This document shows positions 1 to 13,339 of a DNA stretch of 64,000 nt, piece by piece (position 1 is the first letter of the stretch; every line of letters begins with the position of its first letter). The position numbers were made by a program, and so were the translations under genes. Where the stretch lies: the NCBI GenBank assembly GCA_030390025.1, contig CM059431.1, positions 110,486,001 to 110,550,000 of the forward strand. Direction: 5' to 3'. The notes beneath the pieces were generated by a model. The model was not told the origin of the DNA. It did not search any database and saw only the letters and a program-made list of their open reading frames with translations. This DNA comes from Squalus acanthias (lineage: Eukaryota).

Positions 1-2661
1 ACGATCAGGAAGGACAGGCAGGAAGGAAGGGGAGGTGGGGTGGCTATGTTAATAAAGGAAGGAATCACTGTAATACAGAGAAATGATATTGGGTCAAAAG
101 ATCAGGATAATGAAACAATTTGGGTAGAGATAAGGAATAATAAGGGGAAAAAAACACTAGTGGGCGTAGTCTATAGGCCTCTGAACAGTTGCAACTCTGT
201 TGGACGGAGTATCAATCAGGAAATAGTTGAGGCTTGTAATAAGGGAACATCTATAATTATGGGGGATTTTAACTATCATATTAATTGGACAAATCAAATT
301 GGACAGGGCTGCCTTGAGGATGAGTTCATTGAGTGTATTAGGGATGGGTTTCTTGAGCAGTATGTAACTGAACCGACCAGGGGGCAAGTAACCTTAGATC
401 TGGTCCTGTGTAACGAGACAGGATTAATTAAAAATGTCCTAGTAAAGGATCCCCTTGGAATGAGTGACCATAACATGGTTGAATTCCATATTCAATTAGA
501 GGGTGAGAAGGTTGGATCTCAAACAAGCGTGCTAAGCTTGAATAAAGGAGACTATGAAGGTATGTGAGCGGAATTGAGTAGAGTGGATTGGGAAAATAGA
601 TTAAAGGGTAAGACGATACATGATCAGTGGTGTACATTTAAGGAGTTATTTTACAACTTCCAAAAAATATATATTCCACTGAGAAGAAAGGGGTGTAAAA
701 GAAAAGACAGTCATCCGTGGCTAAGTAAAGAAATTAAGGATAGTATTCGACTAAAAACAAGGGCATTTAAGGTAGCCAAATCTAGTGGGAGGATAGAGGA
801 TTGGGAAAACTTTAAAAGACAGCAAAAAATAATAAAAAGATTGATTAAGAAAAGGAAGATAGATTATGAACGTAAATTAGCAAAAAATATAAAAACAGAT
901 AGTAAGAGTTTTTATAGTTATATAAAAAGAAAAAGGGTGGCTAAAGTAAATGTTGGTCCCTTAGAGGACGAGACCGGGAAATTAATGGTGGGTAATATGG
1001 AGATGGCAAATACACTGAATGAATATTTTGTATCAGTCTTTACAGTAGAGAACACTAAGAATATCCCAACACTGGACAAACAGGGGGCTATAGGAGGGGG
1101 GGAGGAGCTAAACACGATGAAAATCACTAAGGAAGTGGTACTTGGTAAAATAATGGGACTCAAGGCGGATAAATCACCTGGACCTGATGGCTTACATCCT
1201 AGGGTCTTGAGGGAAGTGGCGGTAGGGATTGTGGATGCATTGGTAATAATTTTCCAAAACTCCCAGGACTCAGCAAAGATCCCGGCAGACTGGAAAACTG
1301 GTAATGTAACACCCTTATTTAAAAAGGGCAGTAGACAGAAGGCTGGAAACTATAGACCGGTTAGCCTAACATCTGTGGTAGGTAAAATTTTGGAGTCCAT
1401 TATTAAGGAGACAGTAACAGGACATTTGAATAATCATAATTTAATAGGACAAAGTCAGCATGGTTTTATGAAGGGGAAGTCATGTTTGACAAATTTGCTG
1501 GAGTTCTTTGAGGAAGTAACATACAGGGTGTATAAAGGGGAACCAGTGAATGTGGTGTATTTAGACTTCCAAAAGGCATTTGACAAGGTGCCACACAAAA
1601 GATTATTGCTTAAGATAAAAAATCACGGGATTGGGGGTAATATTCTGGCATGGATAGAGGATTGGCTATCTAACAGAAGGCAGAGAGTTGGGATAAATGG
1701 TTCATTCTCAGACTGGCAATCAGTAACTAGTGGTGTTCCGCAGGGGTCAGTGCTGGGTCCCCAACTCTTTACAATCTATATTAACGATTTGGAGGAGGGG
1801 ACCGAGTGTAACATATCAAAGTTTGCAGATGATACAAAGATGGGAGGGAAAGTAGTGAGTGAGGAGGACATAAAAAATCTGCAAGGGGACATAGACAGGC
1901 TAAGTAAGTGGGCAGAGATTTGGCAGATGGAATACAATACTGGAAAGTGTGAGGTTATGCACTTTGGCAGGAAAAATAGTAGAGCAAGTTATTATCTTAA
2001 TGGCAAGAAACTGGAAAGTACTGAAGTACAAAGGGATCTGGGGGTCCTGGTGCACGAAACTCAAAAGGTTAGTATGCAGGTGCAGCAAGTGATTAAGAAG
2101 GCCAATGGAATGTTGGCTTTCATTGCTAGGGGGATAGAATATAAAAATAGGGAGGTATTGCTTCAGTTGTACAAGGTATTGGTGAGACCGCACCTGGAAT
2201 ACTGCATACAGTTTTGGTGTCCATACTTAAGAAAATACATACTTGCTCTCGAGTCAGTACAAAGAAGGTTCACTCAGTTAATCCCGGGGATGAGGGGGTG
2301 GTCATATGAGGAGAGGTTGGGTAGATTGGGACTCTACTCATTGGAGTTCAGAAGAATGAGAGGCGATCTTATTGAAACATATAAGATTGTGAAGGGGTTG
2401 GATCGGGTGGATGCGGGGAGGATGTTCCTGATGATGGGTGAAACTAGAACTAGGGGGCATAGTCTTAGAATAAGGCGCTGCTCTTTCAAAACTGAGATGA
2501 GAAGGAATTACTTCACTCAGAGGGTGGTAGGTCCATGGAATATGCTGCCCCAAAAAGCTGTAGAAGCTACATCATTACATAAATTTAAAACAGAAATAGA
2601 CAGTTTCCTAGAAGTAAAGGGAATTAAGGGTTACGGGGAGCGGGCAGGAATTTGGACATGA
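1..2661 (+). pseudogene. CR1 ORF2 (endonuclease-RT) with a single in-frame stop at 565-567
   Basis: ORFs 40..567 and 574..2661 share one frame and are separated only by TGA in ATG TGA GCG GAA TTG. Confidence 0.9.
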
Positions 2662-2898
2662 GTCTAGGTTCGGATTGGTCATGGCCCTGTGGGTAGCGTA
2701 GCGGGCCCAGGGGCCGTGTAGCCTGATCTGCTCCTATTTCGTGTGTCCAATTCTGTTAGGTTCAGGAGATGGTTCTGTGATAGTAGATTGGCGGTTAGGA
2801 TCAGATCAGCCATGATCTTATTGAATGGCGGAGCAGGCTCGAGGGGCCAATTGGCCCACTCCTGCTCCTATTTCTTATGTTCTTATGTTCTTATGTTC
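1..2898 (+). mobile_element. CR1-clade LINE (family A), 5' end outside window; ORF2 (APE endonuclease + reverse transcriptase), 3' UTR and (TTCTTATG)n tail
   Basis: One frame from position 1 to 2661 with APE motifs (GVVYRP, MGDFN, LDLVL, SDH) and RT motifs (NYRPVSLTS, YLDFQKAFDKV, GVPQGSVLGP, FADD). Octamer tail at ~2872-2898. Confidence 0.95.
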
Positions 2899-4021
2899 TA
2901 CTTATTGGATGTACCAATTTATTGAATCGAAGATTTAATGCACTTGGTCCACCATTGTAGTCGATCCCATTCCAGTCTGAAGTCTATCTTGAGTTTCTCG
3001 AGAATAGATGGTGTTATGTAACGCATTGAAATTTTAACTAATCTCAATCAGCCTTTCTTTCTGGATCTGTAAGAAAACAATTGGAAGGTGGAATCTATAT
3101 ATTGCCACTGATTCTGACTCACTCTCTCCCTCATCCCTGTGCGATGCTTGCTGCTGTTTCTGCTGTGTTTTTCTCCTCTGGTGGCCCCCCCTGTAATCAT
3201 AGTTCCATCATGTGGTACTACGGAGAGTTTCCTTCTGTGCGTTGGCAATGTCCCTGATTCTAACTGACAGCCTGTCCCTTGTGCAGAGTACACGTGTGAT
3301 CTGTAAGTAGACACTATCTGTCGCTGAGGATGGTGGTATGAGTCAATTCTGCGGGCTACTCCCTTGTGATGTGTCAAGAACCTAACAGACTATGATGATT
3401 TGTTACAAATGTGTGAAGAGTCTTTTACTTAATTAAACAACTATGCAATCCTTGCTCAGTTATTGTCTGATCATTTGGAATAAAGCATTATTTCGCACTA
3501 AGCATGGATGTCAAACCATCACACACCAGTTATTGAAAACTACATTTAGTAAATCGACAACGAGTATACAGGTATGTAAAAATTTATAACATACACATGT
3601 TGACCACATGATTTCCTGTGCAGTTTACAGTGAGCAGAATTCTCTTTTCAGAAGGAGATGGGACTCTTTCATCCCATGTCTCCTCACCTCACCCCACCCC
3701 ACCCCACCACTCTGCCGTCCACCACACATGATTTATCAGTGCTGTTTTGTGTTGTAGTCAAAGTCTCAGTTTTGATCCCAGGAGTGTGCTGAGTTAATGG
3801 ACCTTGCCCACATAGATTCTTGGGAGCACTGCAATTGTTGTTATTGGGCAACAGAAATTGCAATAGGCTTCGCGCCTTATCTTTTTCCCTTGTGGAAATA
3901 TTCCACGTGTGAAGACAACATTAGGATCAGGCATGGTTGTGGCGTTCCCAGAGATGAATAAAATCACTCTGGTTGTTGACGGCCATTGTCTGGATTCGTG
4001 TGAAAAATAGCTACTTGGGTG

Positions 4022-4380
4022 ATTTTTTTTTTCTTTATTCATTCACAGGATGTGGGCATCATCACTGGCAAGGCCAGCATTTATTGCCTATCCCTAATAT
4101 GCCCTTAACAGGGTAGCTTGCTCGGCCATTTCAGAGTCAACCACATTGCTGTGGGTCTGGAGTCACATATAGGCTAGACAGCAGGTTTCCTTCCCTAAAG
4201 GACATTAGTGAACCAGATGTATTTTTACAACAATCCAATCACTCTATGGTCACCATTACTAACACTAGCTTTTTATTCTAGATTTATTTACAGCTGCTGC
4301 AGTGGGATTTGAACTCATGTTGCTAGACTAAACCTGCTGGATTACTAGCCCTGTAACATAACCACTATGCTACTGTTCCC
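4022..4380 (-). mobile_element. tRNA-derived SINE sharing its 3' tail with LINE family B
   Basis: Minus strand begins with A-box-like (GTAGCATAGTGGTTA) and B-box-like (GAGTTCAAATCCC) motifs. It ends AATAAATGCTGGCCTTGCCAG...GCCCACATCCTGTGAATGAATAAAG, matching the LINE tail at ~9570-9620. Confidence 0.75.
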
Positions 4381-6625
4381 ATTGCAAACTTGCAGTGGAT
4401 TATTACTACATATGGGACCACACTTTGTCATGAGTCACTGCTTTCCAAAGAAAAGCTTGAGCATGTTGCGGCTGCAAATGGTATCTGCTTACGTAGGAAC
4501 AGGAGTAGGACATTCAGCCCCTCAAGCTTGTTTCACCATTTAATGAGATCATCGCTGATCTGTACCTTCACTCCATCCACCCGCCTTTGATCCATACCGC
4601 TAGATTCCCTTACCTAATAAAAACCTGTTGATCTCAGTCTTGAAAATTTCAGTTGACCCAGCATCCGCAGCCTTTTGTGGGAGAGAATTCAGATTTCCAC
4701 TACCCTTTGTGGAAAGTGTACTTCCTGATTTAACTGCTAAGTGATCTAGCTCTAATTTTAAGTTTATGCCCCCATGTTCTGGACGCCCCCACCAGGTGAA
4801 ATTACTTCTCTGCACCTACCCTATCAATTCCTTTTATCATTTTAATCCTTTAAATCTTGTTTTACATAAGTTTTTAAAGTTGTACTTGATAAGCAAGCCA
4901 CGGTTACAATCTATTTGGCAAAGACATTGCAGACTTGCAGCAGATTATTACTACATATGGGACCACACTGAAGGGATATTTACTAGTCCTAGCCCTTTTA
5001 GGGCTACCCCGGATCAGGCGTATTTCTCAGACGTTCACTTTCAACTAAAGTTTGAGGTAGCCAAATCCTAAAGGCACTTAATTGGGTCTAAAGGTCCGGG
5101 CCATCTCTCCCTAAAGGAAAGGAACAAGCCGAGAATGTTACCGTCCTCCAGATAGCGCTTTTAATAAGTTTAGCTAGACTGTAACGTCCCAGATATTATG
5201 AGGGTCCGGAAAACTCCCTCAGAATTCTGCAACTCCTCACCAAAGAGTGTACAGAGATTGAGTTTGCGAGTTTTTGATACAGAAGTCTTATGTGAGACAA
5301 TTCTAAAAATATATAGATTTATTAAAGAACCGACATGCAATTTACAGTTGGTGAATCAGTCAATCGCAACTTTAACAGTTCTAAAAAGAGCAAACATACT
5401 ATCTTTTTAACAGAGAATCTTACTTTTAAATCTTAACTTTGCCACAGTATAACAGTTCTTAAAGTTCTCTTTACAGGATATCCATCAATATCCAATACCT
5501 TTGATCCCCGAGGTACAAAAAGTTGTAGACTACAGAGCCGCCTCTGAAGCCGAGAATCGCTTTGCCCGATTAAAGCGAGTCTAATATCCCATTTGAGAGT
5601 TCAATATTTATACCCTTTTCCAGTGGTATCTCCTTTAAGGTTTTCTGCTGATGCAAGTTAATTATCCCTTGTCATTTTTGTGCCGACCTCTGCAACTCTT
5701 ACTGCCACATCAGCTGGTAGCATTACAGAATCTTGTCTCATCTCTGGGTGTTCTAAGTTTACCATATAAAAATGGTGTGACGGGCAGGTGTTCCTTATTT
5801 TATGCCATCTTTACGAGGGCAGATGATCCTTATCTTATGTGCCATCTTTACGAAGTTTAAATTAGAACACCTTATCCAGGGTGAACCATTGTTTTGTTCC
5901 CAAAAGGTCAGTTTGTCGGAGCCATGCACCTTCTGTTTCAATAAGGTTATTTATTCAGGGTCAACAACTGTCTTATCTCAATAGCCAGAATGCTTTTATA
6001 GCTATTTCATAGTTAGGTTACTAAATTTCCAAACCCAGTTTGTCATGTTTTAATAAGGCCAGAATTCTTTCATAAGATAGTGTATTTTTCTGAATAGGTT
6101 ATATGGCTTATTCCTTCACAACACTTTGTCATGAGTCACTGCCTTCCAAAGAAAAGCTTGAGCGCAATTTATTGTTGCTGCTGCATGTGGTATCTGCTTA
6201 CGTAGGAACAGGAGTAGGACATTCAGCCCCTCAAGCTTGTTTCACCATTTAGTGAGATCATCGCTGATCCGTACCTTCACTCCATCTACCCGCCTTTGAT
6301 CCATACCGCTAGATTCCCTTACCTAATAAAAACCTGTTGATGTCAGTCTTGAAAATTTCAGTTGACCCAGCATCCGCAGCCTTTTGTGGGAGAGAATTCA
6401 GATTTCCACTACCCTTTGTGGAAAGTGTACTTCCTGATTTAACTGCTAAGTGATCTAGCTCTAATTTTAAGTTTATGCCCCCATGTTCTGGACGCGCCTA
6501 CCAGAGGAAATTACTTCTCTGCACCTACCCTATCTATTCCTTTTATCATTTTAATCTTGTTTTACATAAGTTTTCAAAGTTGTATTTGATAAGCAAGCCA
6601 CGGTTACAATCTATTTGGCAAAGAC
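4381..6625. repeat. Tandem duplication of a ~545 bp unit containing a minus-strand CR1 3' fragment; second copy interrupted by an LTR-like insertion
   Basis: Unit 1 is 4381-4925. Unit 2 is 4926-4968 plus ~6121-6625. They are near-identical (e.g. CACTTTGTCATGAGTCACTG...CTATTTGGCAAAGAC). Confidence 0.9.
4969..6120 (-). mobile_element. Probable solo LTR (~1.15 kb)
   Basis: TG...CA ends with short inverted repeat TGAAGG/CCTTCA. TSD is ACAC (end 6120) or CCACAC/CAACAC (end 6118). Empty site is visible in the sister duplicate. On the minus strand a TATA-like TATAAATA (~5605-5612) precedes AATAAA (~5318-5323). Confidence 0.7.
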
Positions 6626-7755
6626 ACGTAAAGCGTCATCTTCTGTAATGCATTAGCACCAAGTCTCACAAAGTCAGCCAAGTTTGTTCCTGACCTTGGC
6701 CATGTTAACCTACCTTAAGAAAGCATTAAACAAGGAAAGTCAATATGCTTATTCTTTCCAACAGACCCTGTGCAATCTACCAAATCATGGACTCTATCCA
6801 ACTCACTTCTCTCCCGAGGAATGTATCAGCAAACAAATCATTATTTCTTTACTGTTTACATTGTATCACATGGAGGTGCAGAAGCCACATATGAAATTGA
6901 TGCTAATGCATCTTGTGGCTCCAAGTTGCCGAAACTGACAATTTGCATGAGTACAAGGAAGTAAAGTCTGATCTTTTGCCAAAAAGGGCCATTCCTCCTA
7001 GTTTATATTTTGCGGTTGCAAAAGAAAATAGTTGACCTCCCTCCCTCCATTTTTAAATTGTGCATTTAAAAAAAAAACCGTGTCACAACATCGGTTTGTC
7101 AGCAAAACATAAACCTGGATTGTGGGCAGCATCGCTCGTTGATGTCATTGGAGTAGAATGTCATGATGTCACTGAGTAGCAGCATTGCGTAAGGGACTGC
7201 ATTTCCTTGTACTAATTGAGAGCACTGCGCTATACTGGCACCTACTTTTTCACTAAAATTAACAAGCAGGGGATATACATCCCGAGCTGTCTGCTTTCGG
7301 ACTGCATCCAGCCAGATGTTATGAACTAGGGTAATGAAAGAGTGATTCATAAATGCTGATAAGTGTACAGATATCTCCTTTTATCCCAATTTAGGATTAT
7401 GGGACAATTCAGTACACTTGTACTTTCCCTTTAATGGGCTCCAATACAAAGTTTTTGTCCCTGATTTTTTTTTTAAGCGTTATTTAATTTTTATCAATAT
7501 TCAGTCTTCCTGCTCGATGCACTGCCATCTCTCTATGTCCAGGCAGTCCTCTGTTGCACCTTCAATTCTTGTGCTTACCATAACCCTTTCTATTGCCCAC
7601 CCCCACCCCACATTGTCTTCCACTATCAGTTTTGATGAAATGCAGGGAACAACTGTAGTACAAACAAAAGCAATTTATTTAAAATGCAAGGCAAAGATAT
7701 TGTTCACTTCGTTCACAGCACAGGCTATGCTGCCCAGAATTCACAGATACACGTT

Positions 7756-10191
7756 GACCCTGAAATTGCGGTCTCCTTGAGGGCGTACTCTCAGAGTACG
7801 CCGCTGTAATTCATTTGAAAGGCCCCGCATTTAAAGTTCCGGATTTCCGCATGCGCTGCGCATGCACGACGTTCGGAACTTGCGATCTGTCAAGGTACGC
7901 CTTGACAGATCATCTGAATCAACTGAAAACCGAGTATTGCGGGCTGGATTATAGGACAAAAGTGCCGAGTGGATGATCCATATCGGCCTCCTCCTGAGGT
8001 CCCCACCATCACAGAAGTCAGTCTTCAGCCAATTCGATTCACTCCACGTGTTATCAAGAAACGGCTGAGCGCACTGGATACAGCAAAGGCTGAAAGGCCC
8101 CGACAACATCCGGGCTGTCGTGCTGAAGACTTGTGCTCCAGAACTAGCCGCGACTCTAGCCAAGCTGTTCCAGTACAGCTACAACACTGGCATCTATCCG
8201 ACAATGTGGAAAACTGCCCAGGTATGTCCTGTCCACCAAAAACAGGACAGATGCAATCCGGCCAATTAACGGCCCATCAGTCTTCTCTCAATCAGCAGCA
8301 AAGTGATGGAAGGTGTCATTGACAGTGCTATCAAGCAGCACTTACTCACCAGTAACCTGCTCACTGATGCTCAGTTTGGGTTCCGCCAGGACCACTCGGC
8401 TCCAGACCTTATTACAGCCTTGGTCCAAACATGGACAAAAGAGCTGAATTCCAGAGGTGAGGTGAGAGTGACTGCCCTTGCCATCAAGGCAGCATTTGAC
8501 CGAGTGTGGCATCAAAGAGCCCTAGTAAAATTGACGTCAAAGGGAATCGGAAGAAAACGCTCCACTGGCTTAGCACAAAGGAAGATGGTTGTGGTGGTTG
8601 GAGGTCAATCATCACAGCCCCAGGACATTGCTGCAGGAGTTCCTCAGAACAGTGTCCCAGGCCCAACCATCTTCAGCTGCGTCATCAATGACCTTCCCTC
8701 CATCAGAAGTGGGGATGTTCACTGATGACTGCACAGTATTCAGTGCCATTCGCAACTCCTCAGATAATGAAGCAGTCCATGCCCACATGCAGCAAGACCT
8801 GGATGACATTCAGGCTTGGGCTGATAAGTGGCAGGTAACATTCGCGCCACACAAGTGCCAGGCAATGACTATCTCCAACAAGCGAGAGTCTAACCACCGC
8901 CCCTTGACATTCAACGGCATTACCATCACCGAATCCCCCACCATCAATATCCTGGGGGTCACCATTAATGAGAAACTTAACTGGACTAGCCACATAAATA
9001 CTGTGGCAACAAGAGCAGGTCAGAGGCTAGGTATTCTGCGGCGTGTGTCTCACCTCCAGACGCCACAAAGCCTTTCCACCATCTACAAGGCACAAGTAAG
9101 GAGTGTGATGGAATACTCTCCACTTGCCTGGATGAGTGCAGCTGCAACAACACTCAAGAAGCTCGACATCTTCCAAGACAAAGCAGCCCACTTGATTGGC
9201 ACCCCATCCACCACCTTAAACATTCACTCACTCCACCACCAGCATACCGTGGCTGCAGTGTGTACCATCTACAAGATGCACTGCAGCAACTCACCAAGGC
9301 TTCTTCGGCAGCACCTCCCAAACCCGCGACCTCTACCACCTAGAAGGACATGGGCAGCAGGCGCATGGAAACACCACCACCTCCAAGTTCCCTTCCAAGT
9401 CACACACCATCCTGACTTAGAAATATATCGCCGATCCTTCATCGTCGCTGGGTCAAAATCCTGGAACTCCCTCCCTAACAGCACTGTGGGAGCACCTTCA
9501 CCACACGGACTGCAGCGGTTCAAGAAGGCAGCTCACCACCACCTTCTCAAGGGCAATTAGAGATGAGCAATAAATGCTGGCCTTGCCAGCGATGCCCACA
9601 TCCCATGAACAAATTAAAAAAAAGAGTTGGGCTATTTGCCCAACAACTGCCCAGCAATTGCCCACAAAACTCTTATGGCTGGTAAAAGCAGGGCCTGCTT
9701 TCATCAGTGTAAAGCTATATATAAGTCTTAAATTAAACATTTAAAAATCCAAAATGATGCACATACACTTTAAATGAGTTTATGAAAAGATTGACCCAGA
9801 TTAAGATGTTTAAAATTATTTATCAAAAAATTCAATTTTTATTGAGGTTGGTGCAACGAAGGGACTTATGAATAAAATTGCAATTTATTACATTTTACAA
9901 TCATTAGAATTGTGTAAATTGTATAATTATTTGGGGATTCCATTGCATCTCATTCGGGGATTCCCTTCGTAAATGATAAATGGAATCTTCCTTTGTGATT
10001 GGAGGACCGGGCCCACATGATCCCAGGGGTATTTCCGAACCGCCTGCGTCCCTGGGATCCGTGGGACATTACGCTGCCATCCGCCTGGAGGCCCGAGACT
10101 GCGACTCTACGCAGCCTGTACACCTGGAGGTAGGTTCGGATTTGTTTCGCAGGTACTCCGGAGGTACGCCTCCGACCGCAATTTCTACCCC
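7756..10191. mobile_element. Non-autonomous TIR element (Harbinger-like MITE) split by a LINE insertion
   Basis: Inverted termini GAAATTGCGGTC (7762-7773) / GACCGCAATTTC (10174-10185). Flanks GTT/ATT (imperfect 3-bp TSD). Interior resembles 36498-37267 and 53078-53615. Confidence 0.65.
7957..9623 (+). mobile_element. 5'-truncated non-LTR retrotransposon, family B (CR1/L2 group), degraded RT
   Basis: Frameshifted RT: QFGFRQ, IKAAFDRVWH, AGVPQNSV, MFTDD, WADKWQVTF, IYKAQVRSVMEY. 3' tail ends GCCCACATCCCATGAAC-A-rich. Confidence 0.9.
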
Positions 10192-11192
10192 ATTGTTACT
10201 GGTAGCCCTAACATTATACACTCTCATCAGGCTCCATTTCGGTACCTGCAGTCAGATTTTAAGGTATCAAAAACCTGATAATTGATTGCCAATGATATAC
10301 TGCTGAAGAATACAGTCCACAAACATAACATCTTATTTGATCTTAGTGGCACACATCTACCTACTTAACCTTGCATACTCTCAGCCTGCCTTAAACGGGA
10401 TTGGTTACCTGCATTTCAGTACATGTAAGGCAGAACAAGTAGGAACATGTTTGTATAACCATTATGCTAATAGATTTCATTTGTCGCTCTGTCTTTGTCT
10501 GTGCGTGTGTATTTATATTTATCTGTCTCTTGCTTGTAGTGTATATCAGATTATACATGCATATGTCACACATACAATGTTTCACACTAAATGTGTTTGC
10601 AGCATGACAATCATCCATGACACATTTCTGATTGGCTTACGTAACCACTATCAGTTAAGTTATCCATGCTGATTCAAGACTGGACCAAAAAGCCATAATT
10701 GAGGAAAATTACCACTAGGGTAAGAAGAATCCACACAAAACAAACTATTCGATTGTACACGTTTTTTTTCGCAAAAGACCCCAAGCAACAAGTGACCCAA
10801 TCACGTTGTTCAATTTATTATTTCAAATTAATTTCAGCTGCCACTAAACCAGCTGAATATAAAACCATATAAATAATAACAAAAGAATGAATAATTTTGG
10901 GGAAACAATACACTAAATTTATCCATTAACTCAGAGCTTAAGCGCTAGAAATGCCTTCAAGAAGTTGCCCCCACTTGGGCCTACCCCTCTCTGGACTCTA
11001 AAGCTCAAGACCTTGCTTGGATGAACCAAGTCATGGATTCCCAGAATACACCACGGTGACTACGCCTGACGCACTGCGAACTGCGACTCCCAGAATGCAG
11101 CTTGAGTTGCCATCTTCCTTTGAGTGTAACAGGAAGTCATGGCATGTTTTGCGAATGGCCAATCTCGCTATCAATCATAAAAGAAGACTTCT

Positions 11193-11934
11193 GGGCTGGA
11201 GTTTCCGCCCGGTTGGGCTGTTTTTTATCCACGCAATTCGACCGAAATCGGCCAAACCGGCGCAAAAGATCGCGGAATTTCAAGTGCAAATTAAGTGCCG
11301 TGCAAATCGAGTTCCCGCGATCTTCTGCGCTAGTTTAAAACACATCGTGCTAGAAGCAGGCCCCGCCCACAAATTGACCACGCCCCCGGATCGAATTAAT
11401 CACCACTGGGTTTTTCCGCTAATTGCGCCCAATTGCGGGCCTTTGAGGGGGCTTTTAAAATTAAGCTGATTTTTTTTTAGGAGTGAGGACACGAATAGGC
11501 ACCTTTTAAAAGCATTTGAATATGATTTTTTTTAATTTACTAAGAAACTGACTACTGTACACCAATATAACTAGCAAATGGTTATGTAGTTTTTTAAAGT
11601 CATTTTCAGCTATTTAAAATCAGGTTACTCACAGGTGGTGGACTAGACACTCTGATTAAAGATTCTTATTTTTTGGTGATAAACCCATTTTCAGCTATAT
11701 TAATCAAACTGCACCAGGTTACCACTCTTAAATGTATTGAGGAATATTTTTTAAAGCAACATTTTTTTTAAATGATGTTCTAAAACACTGCCCGATTGCG
11801 CTGGTTCATGGCAGATTTTACATTCACGACATGCAGCTGTGTTTGAGCGGAAACTTGAGGAAAAAAAACACTTCTCAAAACTAGTGCGATTTGTGCCCGG
11901 ATCGCCGATTAGCCCCAAAGCAGAAACTCTACTC
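11193..11934. mobile_element. Harbinger-like MITE
   Basis: Imperfect TIR GGGCTGGAGTTTCCGC / GCAGAAACTCTACTC, flanked by TCT on both sides. CpG-rich ends with an AT-rich core. Confidence 0.6.
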
Positions 11935-12064
11935 TCTGGTGTTTTAAAAACACACCTTGACTCTTTTGACTGGACAAACAAATCAAATCTCTCATGGATA
12001 CAGCCTTCTGATTGGAAATTGGATTCAGGGGAAAATAAATCTGCCATGACCATTTGGCATGTCC

Positions 12065-12150
12065 TTAGCAACAACAACCACAACTTGTGTTTATCTAGTG
12101 CCTTTAATGTGGCAAAACATCCCAAGGCGCTTCACAGGAGCGTTACAGGA
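12065..12150 (-). mobile_element. L2 3' tail fragment
   Basis: Reverse complement of the L2 end seen at ~22825-22897 (CTCCTGTGAAGCGCCTTGGGA...(GTT)n). Confidence 0.6.
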
Positions 12151-12676
12151 GTAGCACTATCAAACAGACAAGCACCTACCCCTCTCAAGGTCCAGTAGCT
12201 TTAATTTTAAAATTCTGTGCCTTGTTTCCAAGTTCCATCCCTACTGTACTGCACGCCAGAATTTGGAATGGGAGCATACTAATTATCACAACTGTATTGA
12301 GCAGGGAGCCCTTTTGTTAAATAACGCACACTGCTCCTTTAAATAATGAAGTTTGGGAAGTCTGCAGCCTCGCACAGACTTAATTATACCGCCATAATTC
12401 GTAATGGAAAAGCATTCTTGACTATCTTGCACTCTAGTGTGATGAGCAGACTAAGACTTACAGTAGCTGCCAATGATTATCTGTGGAATGTTCAGCGCTG
12501 AAGAACATTTTCTGTTAAGTTATTCAGTGTTACAGTATTCTCAGTATTGATGCCAACTCTCATTCGAGCAATGCAAATGTACCGCTCCTACACTCAAAGG
12601 ATCACCTCTTATCCGGATATGATTTTAAAAAAAAAATCTTTAAGTATGTTTCTCTCTTAAATAAGACCATTTCAAT

Positions 12677-12820
12677 TCAAAAGCAAAATACTGAGCGGGG
12701 GCTGGAAATCTGAAATAAAAAAACAGAAAATGCCGGGAAACGTTCAGCAGGTCAGGCAGCATCTGTGGAGAGAGAGAAACAGAGTTAACGTTTCAGGTCG
12801 ATGACCTTTGGTCAGGACCT
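12677..12820 (-). mobile_element. Penelope-like terminal fragment (family P1) with degenerate hammerhead motif
   Basis: Same sequence as 19851-20047, 38396-38538 and 63498-63640. Minus strand reads CTGACCA-AAGGTC ATC GACCT-GAAACGTTAACT. Confidence 0.6.
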
Positions 12821-13339
12821 AGAACAGATTCCTATTCAAGTGTTTTATCTATTTCACTTTTTATTGCAACATAAATAAATCTAGGATAAAATGTTACTGA
12901 TAGTGCATTGGACTAGTTACTATACGATAGCACTAAGGTGTGAAGGGCTATTAATATTTGGAAGGATGCAGACAAAAGAAGGTAGTTATTGTTTATTTTC
13001 CAACTCCCCCTCCACCCACCAACCTTTATTGGCTGTCGCACGCAGTGCTGGATATCTACACTAAAGAGAAAAGTGGTGGCAACTAAATATCGCCAGCAGC
13101 AATCAACCGAAATTTCAAATAACTTACCTGATGCACTTTGAAACTTCTGTTGACAATGTGCAGTGACTTCAGAAAATCTTTACATGTACTCTTTTTTCTG
13201 GAAGAATAATGATCCCCTCATCCCGATGAGTGCAGAATGATTGATTTTTATTCCACGTGTTAAGATGGGGGTGGTGGAGATGAATGTTTGACAAAATGAA
13301 GCATTTTTGTCTAAAATCTAACTTGGAATTGGCTTTAGA

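Noticed and set aside
3048..3377. Many 60-160 aa ORFs in unique or antisense-repeat sequence
   Set aside because: No recognisable domains, and lengths are compatible with chance.
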